Below, one piece after another: positions 62,079-64,000 of a stretch of DNA of 64,000 nucleotides. The stretch lies in assembly GCA_041576165.1 (NCBI GenBank), contig JBFGLM010000005.1, positions 1 through 64,000 on the forward strand, given 5' to 3'. Numbering within the stretch: the first letter of the stretch is position 1; each line of letters opens with the position of its first letter. The translations under genes were made by a program, and so were the position numbers. The notes beneath the pieces were generated by a model. The model was not told the DNA's origin, did no database searches, and saw only the letters and a program-made list of their open reading frames with translations. The stretch comes from Acidimicrobiia bacterium. Lineage in GTDB: Bacteria > Actinomycetota > Acidimicrobiia > Spongiisociales > Spongiisociaceae.

Positions 62079-62533
62079 TCCCGGCCGTTCCGGTGTCGCC
62101 GGCGAGGTCGTACCCGATACGGGTGACGTGGTGCTGGCATTCGGTGGACGTGATATTCGGCGTGGCGCACCCAGGTGTCCTCGCCGCTCGCTGCTGGGCT
62201 CGATGCATCGGCTGGACAAGAGGCGATTCGGACGACAGGACGCACATCGACACTGGCCCAAACCGAACCGAACTGGTCCTCGGTGCCGAGCCCAACATCC
62301 GGCCCGAACGGCAACCGCCCCAGATACCCACCTCCCAGAGCGAATGTCGAGCACCCGTCGCCGAGCCGAACCGAAAGCCTGACGTTTGACACGGTTGCAT
62401 GGGACTCGGTCGCGCGCGGTCGTCGGGCGACAGATGCGCGCGCATCGCCCCAGGTCAGAGCAACTTGCGAGCGGTCACGGGAAACGACGCCAATCACCCG
62501 CCGAGATGAGCTACATGGGGGTTGACTACTGCT

Positions 62534-62572
62534 CGGGTCCGGGGCTACACCGGGCATCCGGCCCCGGACCCG
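62534..62572. terminator. 12-bp perfect inverted repeat
   Basis: cgggtccggggc / gccccggacccg, between the duplicated moaA tail and a convergent gene. Confidence 0.65.
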
Positions 62573-62585
62573 CCCATGAGTCAGA

Positions 62586-63290
62586 TCATCCCGTGTAGTG
62601 CACCTCAGACGAGAGCAGCCAGTCATCAACGCGGAACTTGCTCGTGGCGTCGATCCGATCGATACGCATCTGCACCTTGACCGTGTAGGTGCCGGGCCCG
62701 AGCGTCCCGGACACACGCTGCGTCGTGTGGGACTCCCACGGCTCCTGGCCGGCCGCAGCCGTCTCCGGGGAGTCAAACGCAACGTCGAGGTCGTTGGCCG
62801 GAGCGATCTCCTGGTTGTTGACCAGCACCCGGACCGAGCAATAGCCGAGGGTGTTCTCGCATACGCTTTCGCCGCCGAACGTCACGAAGATGAAACCCTC
62901 GCGGCCCGGCGGGATGACATGGGTGGTCGTCGCTCGATTGACGTCCACCCAATCGGCCGAATCGGTGAAGTCACCACTGATATCGGTCACGACCTGCATG
63001 TTCGAAGCCGGGATCACGCTCGGCTCGGTGTTGGGGTCATTCCCCGATAGGCGGTACATGAATGTGGCCATCTGCTCACGAAGTACCGCGTCACGCGGGC
63101 AGAACGTGGTTCCGTCACCACATCCGAGCGTCACGCCCGAGTCTTTCATGTACTCGATGCCGGGGCGGTGAACGCTGTTGTCCGAGACGTCTGTGAACAG
63201 CGATTGCGCTACTGCGGTTGCCGGGACAATCAGCGCCGCTGTTACGGCGATGATCAACGCGGCGCGTTTCGAGATCGTGATCTGTAACAC
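62586..63290 (-). CDS. Secreted protein with an SLH-like domain and a C-terminal beta-sandwich
   Basis: Signal peptide (…ATAVA); FTDV…H…I…GVTLGC…FCPRDAVLREQMATFMYR; GGGAGG RBS. Confidence 0.85.
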   Translation of the reverse strand: MLQITISKRAALIIAVTAALIVPATAVAQSLFTDVSDNSVHRPGIEYMKDSGVTLGCGDGTTFCPRDAVLREQMATFMYRLSGNDPNTEPSVIPASNMQVVTDISGDFTDSADWVDVNRATTTHVIPPGREGFIFVTFGGESVCENTLGYCSVRVLVNNQEIAPANDLDVAFDSPETAAAGQEPWESHTTQRVSGTLGPGTYTVKVQMRIDRIDATSKFRVDDWLLSSEVHYTG

Positions 63291-63425
63291 GATGTGGGCC
63301 CCTCCCATGGTTGGAATGCCGCCGACCCCCGGGCGGCTGGGGGCCTTTTTAACGGGGCTCGACAGAAATCGCAACGTATTATTCCAGACATTTCCTCGCA
63401 GGAGGGCCCGGTGCCGGTCGGTAAG

Positions 63426-63863
63426 TCAGGCGCTGAGCTTGCTGGCGAAGGCCTGCACCTGTCCAGCCAGCCCGCTGCGCACGGCCTGGGCGACGATGGG
63501 ATAGAACATCTGGGCGAGCAAACCCTTGGCGCGAAGCTCAACTGCGACGGTCACCAGTGTCCGGAGTTCCTCTGCCGGGTCCAGCAGCGTGGTGATCGCC
63601 CCGGCGATCTCGGGCGAGTCGATGCTCAAACGCATCCGCTCCGGCTCTACCGCCTCGACGGTGGTTGCGGTCCCGTTCACACTCGACGGGCCGGCCTTGA
63701 CCACGAACTCGTACCCCAGGAGTACCCCTTCCCGATCATGATGCGCATGGCTGATCTGATGGACTCCCGCAATCTCCTCCCACACCGATGGCCGTTGTAG
63801 CGCCCGCCAGGCATCCTCCCGAGTGGCGTCGGCCACCGCCTGATGGGAAAAGGAGTCGGGCAC
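63426..63863 (-). CDS. SRPBCC/CoxG-like protein
   Basis: AWRALQRP…IAGV pattern and long C-terminal helix. Confidence 0.75.
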   Translation of the reverse strand: MPDSFSHQAVADATREDAWRALQRPSVWEEIAGVHQISHAHHDREGVLLGYEFVVKAGPSSVNGTATTVEAVEPERMRLSIDSPEIAGAITTLLDPAEELRTLVTVAVELRAKGLLAQMFYPIVAQAVRSGLAGQVQAFASKLSA

Positions 63864-63926
63864 CCGGGCGAGGCTACGGTCCAGCGCGGGTCCGGCGCAA
63901 ATGAGCCCGTCCGGGTGGCACCGCCG

Positions 63927-64000
63927 TCAACTCGTCAGCATGGCGGCCAATGCCCCACCGATGATGGCGATCGCGAACACGTACGCGACGAAAACGGCCA
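63927..64000 (-). CDS. C-terminus of a membrane protein (partial, runs off the window)
   Basis: AVFVAYVFAIAIIGGALAAMLTS-stop. Confidence 0.5.
   Translation of the reverse strand, partial: AVFVAYVFAIAIIGGALAAMLTS

Larger units (their letters stand above)
58089..62525. mobile_element. Decayed integrative island inserted in the moaA 3' end
   Basis: Direct repeat gagatgagctacat at 58089-58102 and 62503-62516, both followed by a G-run and a stop; internal relaxase remnant and pseudogenes. Confidence 0.7.

Noticed and set aside
63295-63420. Possible riboswitch upstream of the SLH-domain gene
   Set aside because: GC-rich hairpins are present, but no recognisable c-di-GMP, c-di-AMP or other aptamer consensus

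Overview
High-GC actinobacterial chromosome segment; gene order and protein style suggest Acidimicrobiia (inference). From left to right: the prfA region with a PrmC-TsaC/Sua5 fusion; secreted and lipoprotein genes; glyA; a complete F1Fo ATP synthase operon behind a perfect Rex-type operator; an acyclic-terpene-utilisation (atu)-like carboxylase cluster with a triple-palindrome operator; a cyclase-NTPase-TPR protein; TetR. Next come two overlapping giant unannotated ORFs (2911 aa and about 2508 aa, 32.3-48.6 kb), the strongest candidate for an undescribed system. They are followed by hrpA, moaA and a decayed ~4.4 kb island apparently integrated in the moaA 3' end. The island has a duplicated moaA tail and a relaxase remnant, and carries a methyltransferase whose leader and first codons are a copy of the neighbouring RRM gene. 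No rRNA, tRNA or CRISPR array was seen. Family assignments come from motif recognition by eye, not database searches.
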